From: Octopus sinensis
Lineage: Eukaryota
Reading direction: 5' to 3'
Length of the DNA: 64,000 nucleotides
Assembly: GCF_006345805.1 (NCBI RefSeq)
Contig: NC_043014.1
Span: 8,990,001 to 9,054,000, forward strand
Each line of letters begins with the position of its first letter. Positions within the stretch are counted from its first letter, which is position 1. The notes under the pieces were generated by a model. It saw only the letters and a program-made list of their open reading frames with translations. It made no database searches and had not been told where the DNA came from. A program made the translations under genes and the position numbers. Shown in pieces: positions 53,948 through 64,000 of this stretch.

Positions 53948-54324
53948 TGTGGCGCAATGGTCCAGTGATTAGGGCAGCGGACTCGTGGTCGTAGGTACGC
54001 GGTTTCGATTCCCAGACCTGGCGTCGTGTGTATTTATTGAGTGAAAACACAAAGCTCCACGAGGCTCCGGCAGGAGGTGATGGTGAACATTGCTTTACTA
54101 TTTCACCACAACTTTCTCTCACTTTTTCTTCCAGCTTCTCTTGTACCTGTATATCAAAGGGCCAAACTTGTTACACTCTGTGTCACGCTGAATCTCCCCA
54201 AGAACTACGTTAAGGGTATACGTGTCTGTGGAGTGCTCAGCCACTTGCACGTTGATTTCAAGGGCTGGCTGTTCCGTTAATCGAATCAACTGGAACCCTC
54301 GTCGTCGTAACCGACGGAGTGCCA
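53948..54324 (+). mobile_element. SINE family C, tail C2
   Basis: Matches the 18684 copy. Confidence 0.88.
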
Positions 54325-54502
54325 CGATACATACATACTACATACATACATATATTGAAGTAGATAAATGAATTATCTTATTATGGATAATTCAAATGAT
54401 AACCGATACCTGGTTAGCAAAAATCACAACAGAAAAAGCACGGTTGAAGTTACGACCATGGGGCATAAAAACCGTGCCTTAGTGCCTAAATTTGAAGTTT
54501 TA

Positions 54503-54945
54503 TATATTAAGTGTAGGAAGAAATGGAGCTGAACGAAGATTTAACAAAATTCCTTTATATTATTTTCTACATATGTTTCGAAGGATGCAAAGTCCATAAT
54601 TCGGATTGAATAAGGAGTCCATTTTGCAGCTTTCTCTTCTGGAAAATCCAGGAACTTATTCTCCAACAAAATGCACATCAAGCTTTTCGACAAACGCTCA
54701 CGAGGAGCCCATGGAATAAATGGTGCCATTTATTCCATGGGCTCCTCGCGAGCGTTTGCCGAAAAGCTTGTTGTGCATTTTGTTGGAGAATTAAGTTCCT
54801 GGATTTTCCAGAAGAGAAAGCTGCAAAATGGACTCCTTATTCAATCCGAATTATGGACTTTGCATCCTTCGAAACATATGTAGAAAATAATATAAAGGAA
54901 TTTTGTTAAATCTTCGTTCAGCTCCATTTCTTCCTACACTTAATA

Positions 54946-54947
<2 letters not shown>
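54503..54947. mobile_element. 445-bp fold-back (arms ~221 bp, 3 mismatches + 1 indel, 2-nt loop), Penelope pLTR-like
   Basis: Arms at 54503-54723 and 54726-54947; outer ends resemble the 42.3-kb fold-back. Confidence 0.93.
54804..54887 (+). ncRNA. Hammerhead-like motif with core variant CAGAAGA (mirror copy on minus strand at ~54563-54646)
   Basis: TTTTC-CAGAAGA-GAAAGCTGCAAA...TTTGCATCCTTC-GAAA-CATATGTA-GAAAA. Confidence 0.55.
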
Positions 54948-55037
<90 letters not shown>

Positions 55038-55143
55038 CATACATACATACATACATATACATATATATATATATATATATACATGTATATATCTATATCT
55101 ATATCTATATTATATATATACACACATACATATATATCTATAT

Positions 55144-55175
<32 letters not shown>

Positions 55176-55286
55176 AACACATACATATCTATATCTATAT
55201 CTATATCTATCTATCTATATATATATATACATACATACATATATATATAATATATAACACATACATGTATATATCTATATCTACAT

Positions 55287-55326
<40 letters not shown>

Positions 55327-55371
55327 TATATATTATATATATATACACATACATACATATATATATATATG

Positions 55372-55560
55372 AAGGGAAAGTTTACGAAAATAAACAAAAG
55401 AGGAAGGCAGGTGGAGTACAAACAAACAAATGTATTAGTATAGCGCTCAGGAATAGAAAAAGTCTTTTACGTTTCGAGCCTACGCTCTTCTACAGAAAGA
55501 TACACAGAAAAAACAAGGAGACAAAAAAGGGGAGAAAAAATGCGTGTAGTAGCTAACGAT
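55372..55560 (-). mobile_element. Penelope-like pLTR fragment adjoining (TA)n, hammerhead-like motif at 55463-55500
   Basis: TCTTT-CTGTAGA-A-GAGC(GTAG)GCTC-GAAA-CGTA-AAAGA; related pieces at 56555-56610 and 59475-59620. Confidence 0.65.
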
Positions 55561-55846
55561 TGCGATGATCTTCTTTCCGCTTCCATCTATCACATCGATT
55601 CACAATGCTTTGGTCGGCCCAAGGCTACAGTCAGAGACATTTGCCAAAGATGCTACGCAGTGGGACTGAACCCGGAACGATGTGGTTGACAAGCATGCTT
55701 CTTACCACGCAGCCACGCGTGTTGGTGTACGTCAGGGCGCATGGTTTTAACTCTTGTTTCTAACAATAGCTGGTGCCGTGTGAGTTCCAGAAAATATCCA
55801 GTCGAACCATAAAACCAAAGAAACAGCCACAGTACCTCTCTTTTAA

Positions 55847-56026
55847 AACGATGGCACCCTCACAGGAAACGCAATGAGGATAAGTGAAATACTGAACGAA
55901 CTGTTCCAAATTATGTCCACTTTGGGACACATGCAAGTTAACAAACCAGCAGAATTCTTTGCCACTTTACCTGTAACCAAAGAGGCGAAAATTGATAACA
56001 TCAACATTGAAGAAGATGTAACAGGT
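55847..56026 (+). mobile_element. CR1/Jockey-group LINE fragment (linker before RT)
   Basis: NDGTLTGNAMRISEILNELF...NKPAEFFATLP...INIEEDV matches the DGxLTxDxxEISEILNxxF pattern. Confidence 0.6.
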
Positions 56027-56039
56027 GTTCACCCTGTTT

Positions 56040-56225
56040 GATTTGTCACAAACTCTTTGTATCCTATTCCAGTCTTTACTTCTATATCTAGGGAAGGTAC
56101 CACTGGTTTCATTTCATATAATGCTATCTAGCTTCTTTCTAGCTCCACTGTATACCCGAACCCTCTCTTTCTGGTCATATCCAGAGAATTGCATGCGGTG
56201 CATGAAGTTCTGTACATGCTTCTTT
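56040..56225 (-). mobile_element. Penelope-like ORF fragment (region after RT)
   Basis: NFMHRMQFSGYDQKERVRVYSGA...PRYRSKDWNR resembles the PLE RMQxSGY...PLYRxxxW pattern. Confidence 0.55.
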
Positions 56226-56747
56226 GTTTCATAGTGTTCGCACAGTGGGGACACGTTGTTCATTATCCTAATTAAGTCTGCTATCTGGGGTCGATAGACT
56301 TATCTCATTTCCGGAAATTTCTGGCTTTGTGCAAGACCTTCTATCTATAAATGCTCTAATATCTATACAGCCTTGGTTTTTTTTTTTATCTCATTAAGCA
56401 AAAAATTCATATACACACACGCTGGCATAGAACCAACGTTGAACCCTTTATTCGCAATATTACCGAATCTGGAACTTAACTATGGTCTGTCTATAGTACT
56501 TATTCAGCATTACCTGATACCTTTGGGTCTCATTGACACCATTATCTCTTATATATAGGGAGAGTTTACGAAAAAAAAAACAAAAGACGTAGACAGGTGT
56601 ACAAAACACTTATATAAACTTCGAATAACTATCGCTAGCTACTTGAAATTTTATCATAGTCATATGTTTCTTCTTATATATGTCTGTGTGTCTTTGGAAC
56701 TTGTCATGCTTCGATGCTTCATCTTCATTATATTTCTCTATCTCTTA

Positions 56748-58039
56748 CGAGGGGCGTTCAATAAGTAATGCCCCTGACCCACTTCCCATAGCAGTAGAGC
56801 AACGAAACTTGGCACAGTTATTAGTCTTTTTCTACATAAGAACCATCTAGAGTTACGCATTTCTCCCATCGTTTGATGCAGCTCTGGAGACCGTTTTTGT
56901 AGAAGACTCCAGCCTGGTCCTCCAGCCACGACGTGACTTCAGAAATCAAGGCTGCATCATCTGGGAAACGCTTTCCTTTCAAAAACAACTTCATGGCTGG
57001 GAAGAGGTGAAAATCAGAGTGTGTAAGGTCAGGAGAGTAGGGGGGATGGGGGAGAAGTTCATAGCCGCACGTCTGTGCTTCTGATCTGGCGACACGCGAG
57101 TTGTGGACCGGAGCGTTGTCCTGCAGGAGGCGGATGCCTTTGCTGATCTTGCCCCGCCTCTTGATTTTGATAGCTTCTCTTAATTTCCTCAAAAGTGAAG
57201 CATAATAGGCTCCTGTAATTGTGGTACCCTTTGCCAGGAAATCTGTCATCACTACTCCGTCCTGGTCCCAGAAGACTGTGAGCATGACCTTGCCAGCGGG
57301 GGGCTACACCCTTGCCTTCTTTGGAGGAGGTGTGTCACGGTACTTCTACTGCATTGACTGGGCTTTGGTCTCTGGATCATAGTGATGGACCCAGGTTTCA
57401 TCCTGTGTAATCAGTCTTTTGAAAACTTTTGACTCATCTTCTTGGCACATCTCCAAATTCATCCTCGAGCACTCGGCGCGTTCTTGCTTCTGGAAAGGTG
57501 TGAGCAACCTGGGAATCCATCTGGCAGACACCTTTTGTATATGAAAATGGTCATGAATGATAGTTTCCACAGACCCGGTACTAATCTTGACCTCATGGGC
57601 TATTTAGTGAATAGTTATGCGTCGATCTTCCAAAATGGCAGTCTCAACTTGACGGACAGATGCCTCATCAATGGCAGAAGGGGGCGACCAGATCTGGGAG
57701 CTGTTTCCACAGAGTTCCGACCATGTTTGAATTCACGATGCCAGCGTTTTACAAGGTCATATGATGGGGCATCATCACCATAAGTTACTTTCATTTCATC
57801 AAAAGTCTCCAGTGGTGTGCGTCATTTCAAATACAAAAACCGGATCACTGCTCGACACTCAACAGGCACCATTTCACACTTGACTCAGTTCAAACACCTG
57901 CAAATCAGAAACCACAATTAGTTCAGAGCTGTAATTTGCCACTTAATCTATAGAAATATAAATAATTGCACATGCAAAATGTCAGCTAGATCAAACAACT
58001 ACAAGTGGGTCAGGGGCATTACTTATTGAACGTCCCTCG
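56748..58039 (-). mobile_element. Full-length mariner (1292 bp, 37-bp TIRs, TA TSD)
   Basis: TIR CGAGGG(G/A)CGTTCAATAAGTAATGCCCCTGACCCACTT with 1 mismatch; TA at 56746-47 and 58040-41. Confidence 0.97.
56821..57872 (-). pseudogene. Mariner DD34D transposase, inactivated
   Basis: WIPRLL, DETW, QDNA, YSPDL, SDFHLF; 34 residues between the last two D; four in-frame stops and a 1-nt deletion near 57680. Confidence 0.95.
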
Positions 58040-58993
58040 TATTTACTGACTCCTATGATTAGGTTCTCTTTCTCTCTCTTTCTACCACTCTAAACCTCTC
58101 CCTTCCTTTGTTATCAGTTCTCATCTTACTCTCTATATACATATTTATCTTTCAAGTTTTTCTATTCAAATATATCACCTTCAATTGAAAGCCACGAGCG
58201 GAAAAATTCTAAATGAAGTAATTAAATTTTATTTGAAAAAGCGTGCGCGAAGCATTGTAAAATTTGAATTGAAAAGAATAAAAAGAAAAAAAGAAGTTCT
58301 TTACAATGCATATTCAAAAAAAAAAATAAAGAAATGCAAGCATTTAATCTATTTCATATTAAAATTTCGTGTATGATAAATTCACTCTTAACAAAAAATG
58401 AAAAGACAGCAACGAATGATAATTGCTAATTTGAAACCACATTCAAATTCATAACAAGCCAGGTTTTTTTAGAAGGATATTGTATAATCAAACACGCTCC
58501 AATCTTCAATCTTTGTGAATCAAATGTTAACAATGTCCCTCCTACCATTTATGTTCGTTTGTGGGTAGCAGTAGGAGCAGTCCAGTAATTGTAATTTTTG
58601 TTTTCCAAATCAATTCTTTACGCATGTGTGTGTGTTAAAATGTCACGGCTAAGTTTATTCAATTTTTGTTTTTGTGTCTCGTAAACACAGCAACTTTTCT
58701 GCTGAATTTGAAGACAGTATCTATTCTGCTGTTAAAATCAGTTTCTGGCTTTTCTCTTCTTGAACATGAGTTTTTATGTTCAAAATATTAATGTGAAAGA
58801 GATTAGCTGCTTATTTTATTAATACAACAATACATCATTACATGATTTCCTACATCATATTAGGTGTATGTATACATTCATATACAAACATAATAAACGC
58901 ATACATACACAGTAATACACACACACACATATATATGTGTGTATATATATATAATATAAATAAATGCATACATAAATATAAATATAAATATAA

Positions 58994-59047
<54 letters not shown>

Positions 59048-59053
59048 TATGAT

Positions 59054-59441
59054 AGGCGCAGGAGTGCTGTGTGGTAAGTAGATTGCTTACCAACCACATG
59101 GTTACGGGTTCAGTCCCACTGCGTGGCACCTTGGGCAAATGTCTTCAACTATAGCCTCGGGCCGACCAAAGCCTTGTGAGTGGATTTGGTAGACGGAAGC
59201 TGAAAGAAGCCCGTCGTACATATGTATATATGTGTGTGTGTGTATGTTTGTGTCTGTGTTTGTCGCCCCCCCCCACCATCGCTTGACAACCGATGTTGGT
59301 GTGTTCACGTCCCCGTAACTTAGCGGTTCGGCAAAAGAGACCGATAGAATAAGTACCAGACTTACAAAGAATAAGCCCTGGAGCCGCTTTGTTCTACTAA
59401 AGGCGGAGCTCCAGCATGGCCACAGTCAAATGACTGAAACA

Positions 59442-59443
<2 letters not shown>
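59054..59443 (+). mobile_element. SINE family A, full length
   Basis: Matches A consensus. Confidence 0.9.
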
Positions 59444-59474
<31 letters not shown>

Positions 59475-59479
<5 letters not shown>

Positions 59480-59620
59480 ACTGTTTACGAAAAAAAAACA
59501 ACAAAAGACGAAGACAGGGGGTGTACAAAACAAACAGATGTATTAGTATAACGCTCAGGAATAGAAAAAGACTTTTACGTTTCGAGCCTACGCTCTTCTA
59601 CAGAAAGGGAGACAGAATAC
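59475..59620 (-). mobile_element. Second copy of the CTGTAGA hammerhead-like pLTR fragment (motif at 59572-59607)
   Basis: CTTT-CTGTAGA-A-GAGC(GTAG)GCTC-GAAA-CGTA-AAAG; adjoins (TA)n. Confidence 0.65.
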
Positions 59621-59727
59621 ATATATACATACAGAGGTGCGTACACACAGACATATGTACGCACATACATACACGATATTTGCTTGGTTAATACACAGCT
59701 GTGGTAGAGGTGTATAGAGCTAGTTAT

Positions 59728-60020
59728 TTACTTGTACTTGTGACGGCGTTCAACCAGGGCGGGTTGAGCCGGCTTCTTCTCTGGCCCTAACGGCATCATG
59801 AACCATGGCGGCCCACACACGACGGTCCCGTGCGAGATCACTGGAGATAGTGAGCCATTTGTGGTTCCATCTGCGCAGACCGATCACCTGCGGACCTGAG
59901 AGTTCAGAGAGGTCCTCCTTTATTGTTGTTGCCCAGGTCTTCAGCTGCCCACCCGTGCGTTTGCGCCAGCTGGGAAGTGGAGGGGGAAGGAGGACATTGC
60001 GAATCAGCTCACCAGAGCTA
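59728..60020 (-). mobile_element. 5'-truncated RTE LINE 3' end
   Basis: LPPPLPSWRKRTGGQLKTWATTIKEDL...DLARDRRVWAAMVHDAV...STRPG*; CAAGTA-type tail. Confidence 0.85.
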
Positions 60021-61189
60021 GTTATAATAATAAGCTGGTAAACCAAATTATTTTCTCATACGAAATAGTTTCGTGCACTTCAGATTAATCAGGGTATTTG
60101 AACGCTTTTAGGTTGGTTGTGTGTCTGGTTCGGTGCTTTGTCACCCAGTTGGTAGATTTGTCGATGACATTCGTTCTTCTGCAGGGTATCATCATTTGGC
60201 TTCGCTTTAAAGATAATCACATCATTAGCACAACGAAGTCCTTCATTTTGACAGGTGTGAACAGTTAATCCTGCTTCAGAGTGAATCATGTAGCTACCTG
60301 TACAACTGGCAGCCTAGTTGGGTACATGATTAATCACGTGGCTGACTGTATCTTTGGCCTGTATTCATTAAATACCCAAATATAGGTTTACTCTAAAATG
60401 TGTCGAGAGATACTTTTGTATATACCAGCAGTTTGAGATAAGCTCAGGCCTTTTGTTTATGATTGTCACGGTGGTGACAGATGATGTGGAGATATACTGT
60501 AAGAGAGAGATGTCCCAGGTCTTGGATATCTTTCAGTATACGTTTATTCTGTCTATTAATGCCTATTAAATGTTTATGTTAACTCTTGCATCCTTTGATA
60601 TATAAATGTGCTTAGAGGGTGCTATGGCTCTTCCGGATGGTAGTAAGCAAATGAACTAAACATTAACGGTAAACACATTGGTTCAATTTTTTAAAATGTA
60701 TTTACTGTAAGCCTAATATTCAGGCTGAGGTGCTGCTGGAAGATACATCAGTGCAGTATTTTATTCATTTTACGAAGCGTTTGCTTTTACGCAGGAAAAA
60801 TGCAATGCGGCTATTGTTTGAGTTTCGAAATTAATTTTCTAATTTTTCTTTTTTGTTTTAATTGAGAATAAAGTCTAAGAATTTTTAATATGATATTAGT
60901 TCGAAATTTTGGCACACGGCCAGCAAGTGTCGGGGAGGGTGCAGCTCGATTACATCGACCCAACTGTTTAACTGGTACTTAATTTATCGACACAGAAAGG
61001 ATGAAAGGCAAAGTCTTCCCTGGTGAAATTTGAACTCAGAACACGAAGTCGGGCGAAAAGCCGCTGAGCATTTTTCCCGGCGCGATAACAATTCTCCCAG
61101 CTCGTCGCCTTAGTTTTGATTACAATATTAGAAGCATTAACTGGAATTATCTTCTGATAACAACCTTGCTACGAAAGCGTTAATATATA

Positions 61190-61603
61190 TTTCTTTACTA
61201 CCCACAAGGGGCTAAACATAGAGGGGACAAACATGGACAGACAAAGGGATTAAGTCGATTATATCGACCCCAGTGCGTAACTGGTACATAATTTATCGAC
61301 CCCGAAAGGATGAAAGGCAAAGTCGACTCGGTAGAATTTGAACTCAGAACGTAACGGCTGACGAAATACCTATTTCTTTACTACCCACAAGTGGCTAAAC
61401 ACAGAGGGGACAAACAAGGACAGACAAATAGATTAAGTCGATTACATCGACCCCAGTGCGAAACTGGTACTTTATTTAACCGACCCCGAAAAGATAAAAG
61501 GCAAAGTCGACCTCGGCGGAATTTGAACTCAGAACGTAACGGCAGACGAAATACGGCTACGCATTTCGCCCGGCGTGCTAACGTTTCTGCCAGCTCGCCG
61601 CCT
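61190..61603 (-). mobile_element. SINE family B dimer (T1 + T1); a diverged B copy lies at 60905-61090
   Basis: Head plus two units. Confidence 0.9.
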
Positions 61604-62436
61604 TCGAAAGTGTTAATATATCCTATATAACAACACTTGTTGAAGTTCAATTCCTCACACATGGCACAATAATTGATGTAGATGCTACTTTAATTTGATG
61701 CTAGTAGTGTCCCGTAATGTTGCCCTCAGAGTTCCTATCATTGAGTAAATGGAGCCTCGCTCACTTTCCATATCAGTTCTGTATTGGCTGTACTATAACG
61801 CAATAATTTCAAGTTTAATGTCTGTTACAGTATTACTTTCTATAGCGTTATGTCTTTTTCCTATGAGCATGGTTATCTTAGAAGGCGGGTGCAATATTTT
61901 AGTTTCAAAACTTTGCAAATAAACGTGAAACATTTGCATCTGCTCCGGTGACTAACCGGAAATTGAGGTGTAAATAAGAATGTAACAAACACTTTCGGCT
62001 CAGCTGGTCAAATGCAGTAATTTTCAAAATGCAGTAATCAAATTGTATACTGCAGTGCATTAGCATGCATTAAAGCAAAACTTCTCAAAATGACACGCAA
62101 CAATATTAACGAAACATTTTGACTCCATTTTCCTTTTCCAAATAGAGTTTCCGGTTATATATATATATTTCATCGCTTTGTTATTAGATTTAAAACGTAT
62201 AAAAGCAACATTATTTTAGTAAATATGTCACCTTGCCCATCTCTTTCAAAGCCTTGAAACCCTATAGGAAACATTATATTGAGAGATAAATAAAATAAAT
62301 TTAATCGGTGAATACATTTAATAAGTGAACGAGCATCATTTATATATCCCACATCTATTAACCCCCTCCCCCCCATATATATATATATATAATTATATGT
62401 TACGGGTGAAGATATTTTGTACGTATATGATGATGT

Positions 62437-62673
62437 AGGCGCAGAAGTGGCTGTGTGGAAAGAAGGTCGATTGCCAACCACATGATTCCGGGTTCAGTCC
62501 CACTGCGTGGCATTTCGAGCAAGTGTCTTCTACTATACCCTCGGGCCGACGAAAGCCTTGTGAGTAGACTGAAAGAAGCTCGTCGTGTGTATATATATAT
62601 ATATATATTATATATATATATATAATATAATATATATATATATATGTATATATATATATGTATATATATACAT

Positions 62674-62748
<75 letters not shown>

Positions 62749-62908
62749 CAACCGATGCTGGTGTGTTTAAGACCCCATAACTTAGCAGTTCGGCAAAAGA
62801 GGCTGATAGAATAAGTACAAGGGTAACAAAGAATAAATCCTGGGGTCGATTTGTTTGACTAAAAGGCTGTGCTCCATCATGACCGCAGTCAAATGACTGA
62901 AACAAAAA
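62437..62908 (+). mobile_element. SINE family A, diverged
   Basis: Matches A consensus with internal TA/CA tract. Confidence 0.85.
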
Positions 62909-63056
62909 TAAATAATAAAGAATATGTACGCATATAGGAGTAAATGCGTGTAAATAATTGTGAACGTTCCTGTGGGTGCGTATATATATATATATATATA
63001 TATGTATATACGAATATATGTATATGTAGCTGTATATATATATGAATATTTATATA

Positions 63057-63210
63057 TATTAGTCATACGATATAGTGTATATTTAAACACATAAGGAATC
63101 CACTTATATGGATTCTACACGCTAGAAAGAACAGCTAGGTTCTATAACCACAAAAATTGGGGATAAAATTCGACAGGAATTTAAATATACACTATATCGT
63201 ATGACTAATA
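63057..63210. repeat. 154-bp segment with perfect 31-bp inverted ends
   Basis: TATTAGTCATACGATATAGTGTATATTTAAA at 63057-63087; reverse complement at 63180-63210. Confidence 0.9.
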
Positions 63211-63314
63211 CATAGTCTTTTTGACTAAATTTTTTTACACGTTAGACCACTGGAAGTGTAAATTTTAATTAAATTTTAAAAATTTTAATTAAATTCCATT
63301 TCCCTTGATATGAT

Positions 63315-63358
<44 letters not shown>

Positions 63359-63437
63359 TAATTAAGGGTAGAAATTGATATTAGCCATTAAAACCAGTGG
63401 TCTAGCATATCAAAAAGAATCCGAAGATTAAAATATT

Positions 63438-63637
63438 TATATATACCAATTAAGGACTGAACACGAAAAGTGGACAGTCAACATGCTAGATATAGACATC
63501 AAATCGCCATTCTCCACAAAGAGTATGTTCTCAAATAAAACTCAGCACAAAACCAAAGCATTAAACAGGACAAATGAAAATATACGAAATAAAATAATTA
63601 TCCACTTTTCGTGTTCAGTCCTTAATTGGTATATATA
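63438..63637. repeat. 200-bp segment with perfect 37-bp inverted ends
   Basis: TATATATACCAATTAAGGACTGAACACGAAAAGTGGA at 63438-63474; reverse complement at 63601-63637. Confidence 0.9.
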
Positions 63638-64000
63638 TATTTATGTGTGTGTGTGTGTGTATGTATGTCTAATATATATGTGTATATGTATGGCTAATCG
63701 ATTATGTGCGTAACTAGTTGGTACCTATTTCATCAAAACCCGAAAGGATGAAAGACAAAGTCGACCATAACGGAATCTTGAACTCAGAACGCAAAGCCGG
63801 AATCCGATATATATATATAATAATAACAATTATATACAAAGCTAATTTAGCTCTAGGTATGAAATCGATTTGAATACTAAAAGAGAAAGAAAGCGATATC
63901 TCGGCAACAGTGACCTTTGCTTCAACTTCACCTCCAGTGAAGTTACACAATGAAGAGGAACTGAAACACGATATTCATTAAAAGCTGTCTCATATCAAAG

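Noticed and set aside
60390-60600. Penelope GIY-YIG C-terminal remnant (INKRPELISNC)
   Set aside because: Only a short motif resemblance amid stops; needs a profile search to support
62170-62400. LINE fragment (GGRGLIDV...)
   Set aside because: Single short motif adjoining a TA tract; insufficient

Overview
AT-rich eukaryotic, repeat-saturated non-coding DNA. The repeat content (tRNA-headed SINE families, very dense TA/CA/TATC/TATG/ATT microsatellites, RTE/CR1/R4-type LINE remnants, mariner) most resembles an octopus or other coleoid cephalopod genome; that assignment is inference, not a database match. Nearly all ORFs in the supplied track are microsatellite or SINE translation artefacts. 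No intact host gene is supported; only weak minus-strand exon candidates are seen (53438-53580, 46853-46904, 27672-28097). Supported content: about 25 copies of SINE family A, which carries an internal microsatellite; about 13 copies of SINE family B, with a tandemly repeated ~183-bp internal unit; SINE family C with three alternative 3' tails; a full-length decayed DD34D mariner (56748-58039); MITEs; a non-autonomous Helitron; and CR1, RTE and RLE-type (R4/Dong-like) LINE fragments. Family labels A-E are my own. Most notable: (1) Penelope-type hammerhead-ribozyme motifs, two of them inside near-perfect 264-bp and 445-bp fold-back palindromes; (2) RLE retrotransposon remnants nested in two microsatellite classes, (TAA)n and (CATA)n; (3) a 1.26-kb minisatellite apparently built from the first 19 nt of a SINE head; (4) modular multimeric SINE-B; (5) a 1.5-kb SINE-bounded tandem duplication that may be an assembly artefact. 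All alignments and structures were read by eye.
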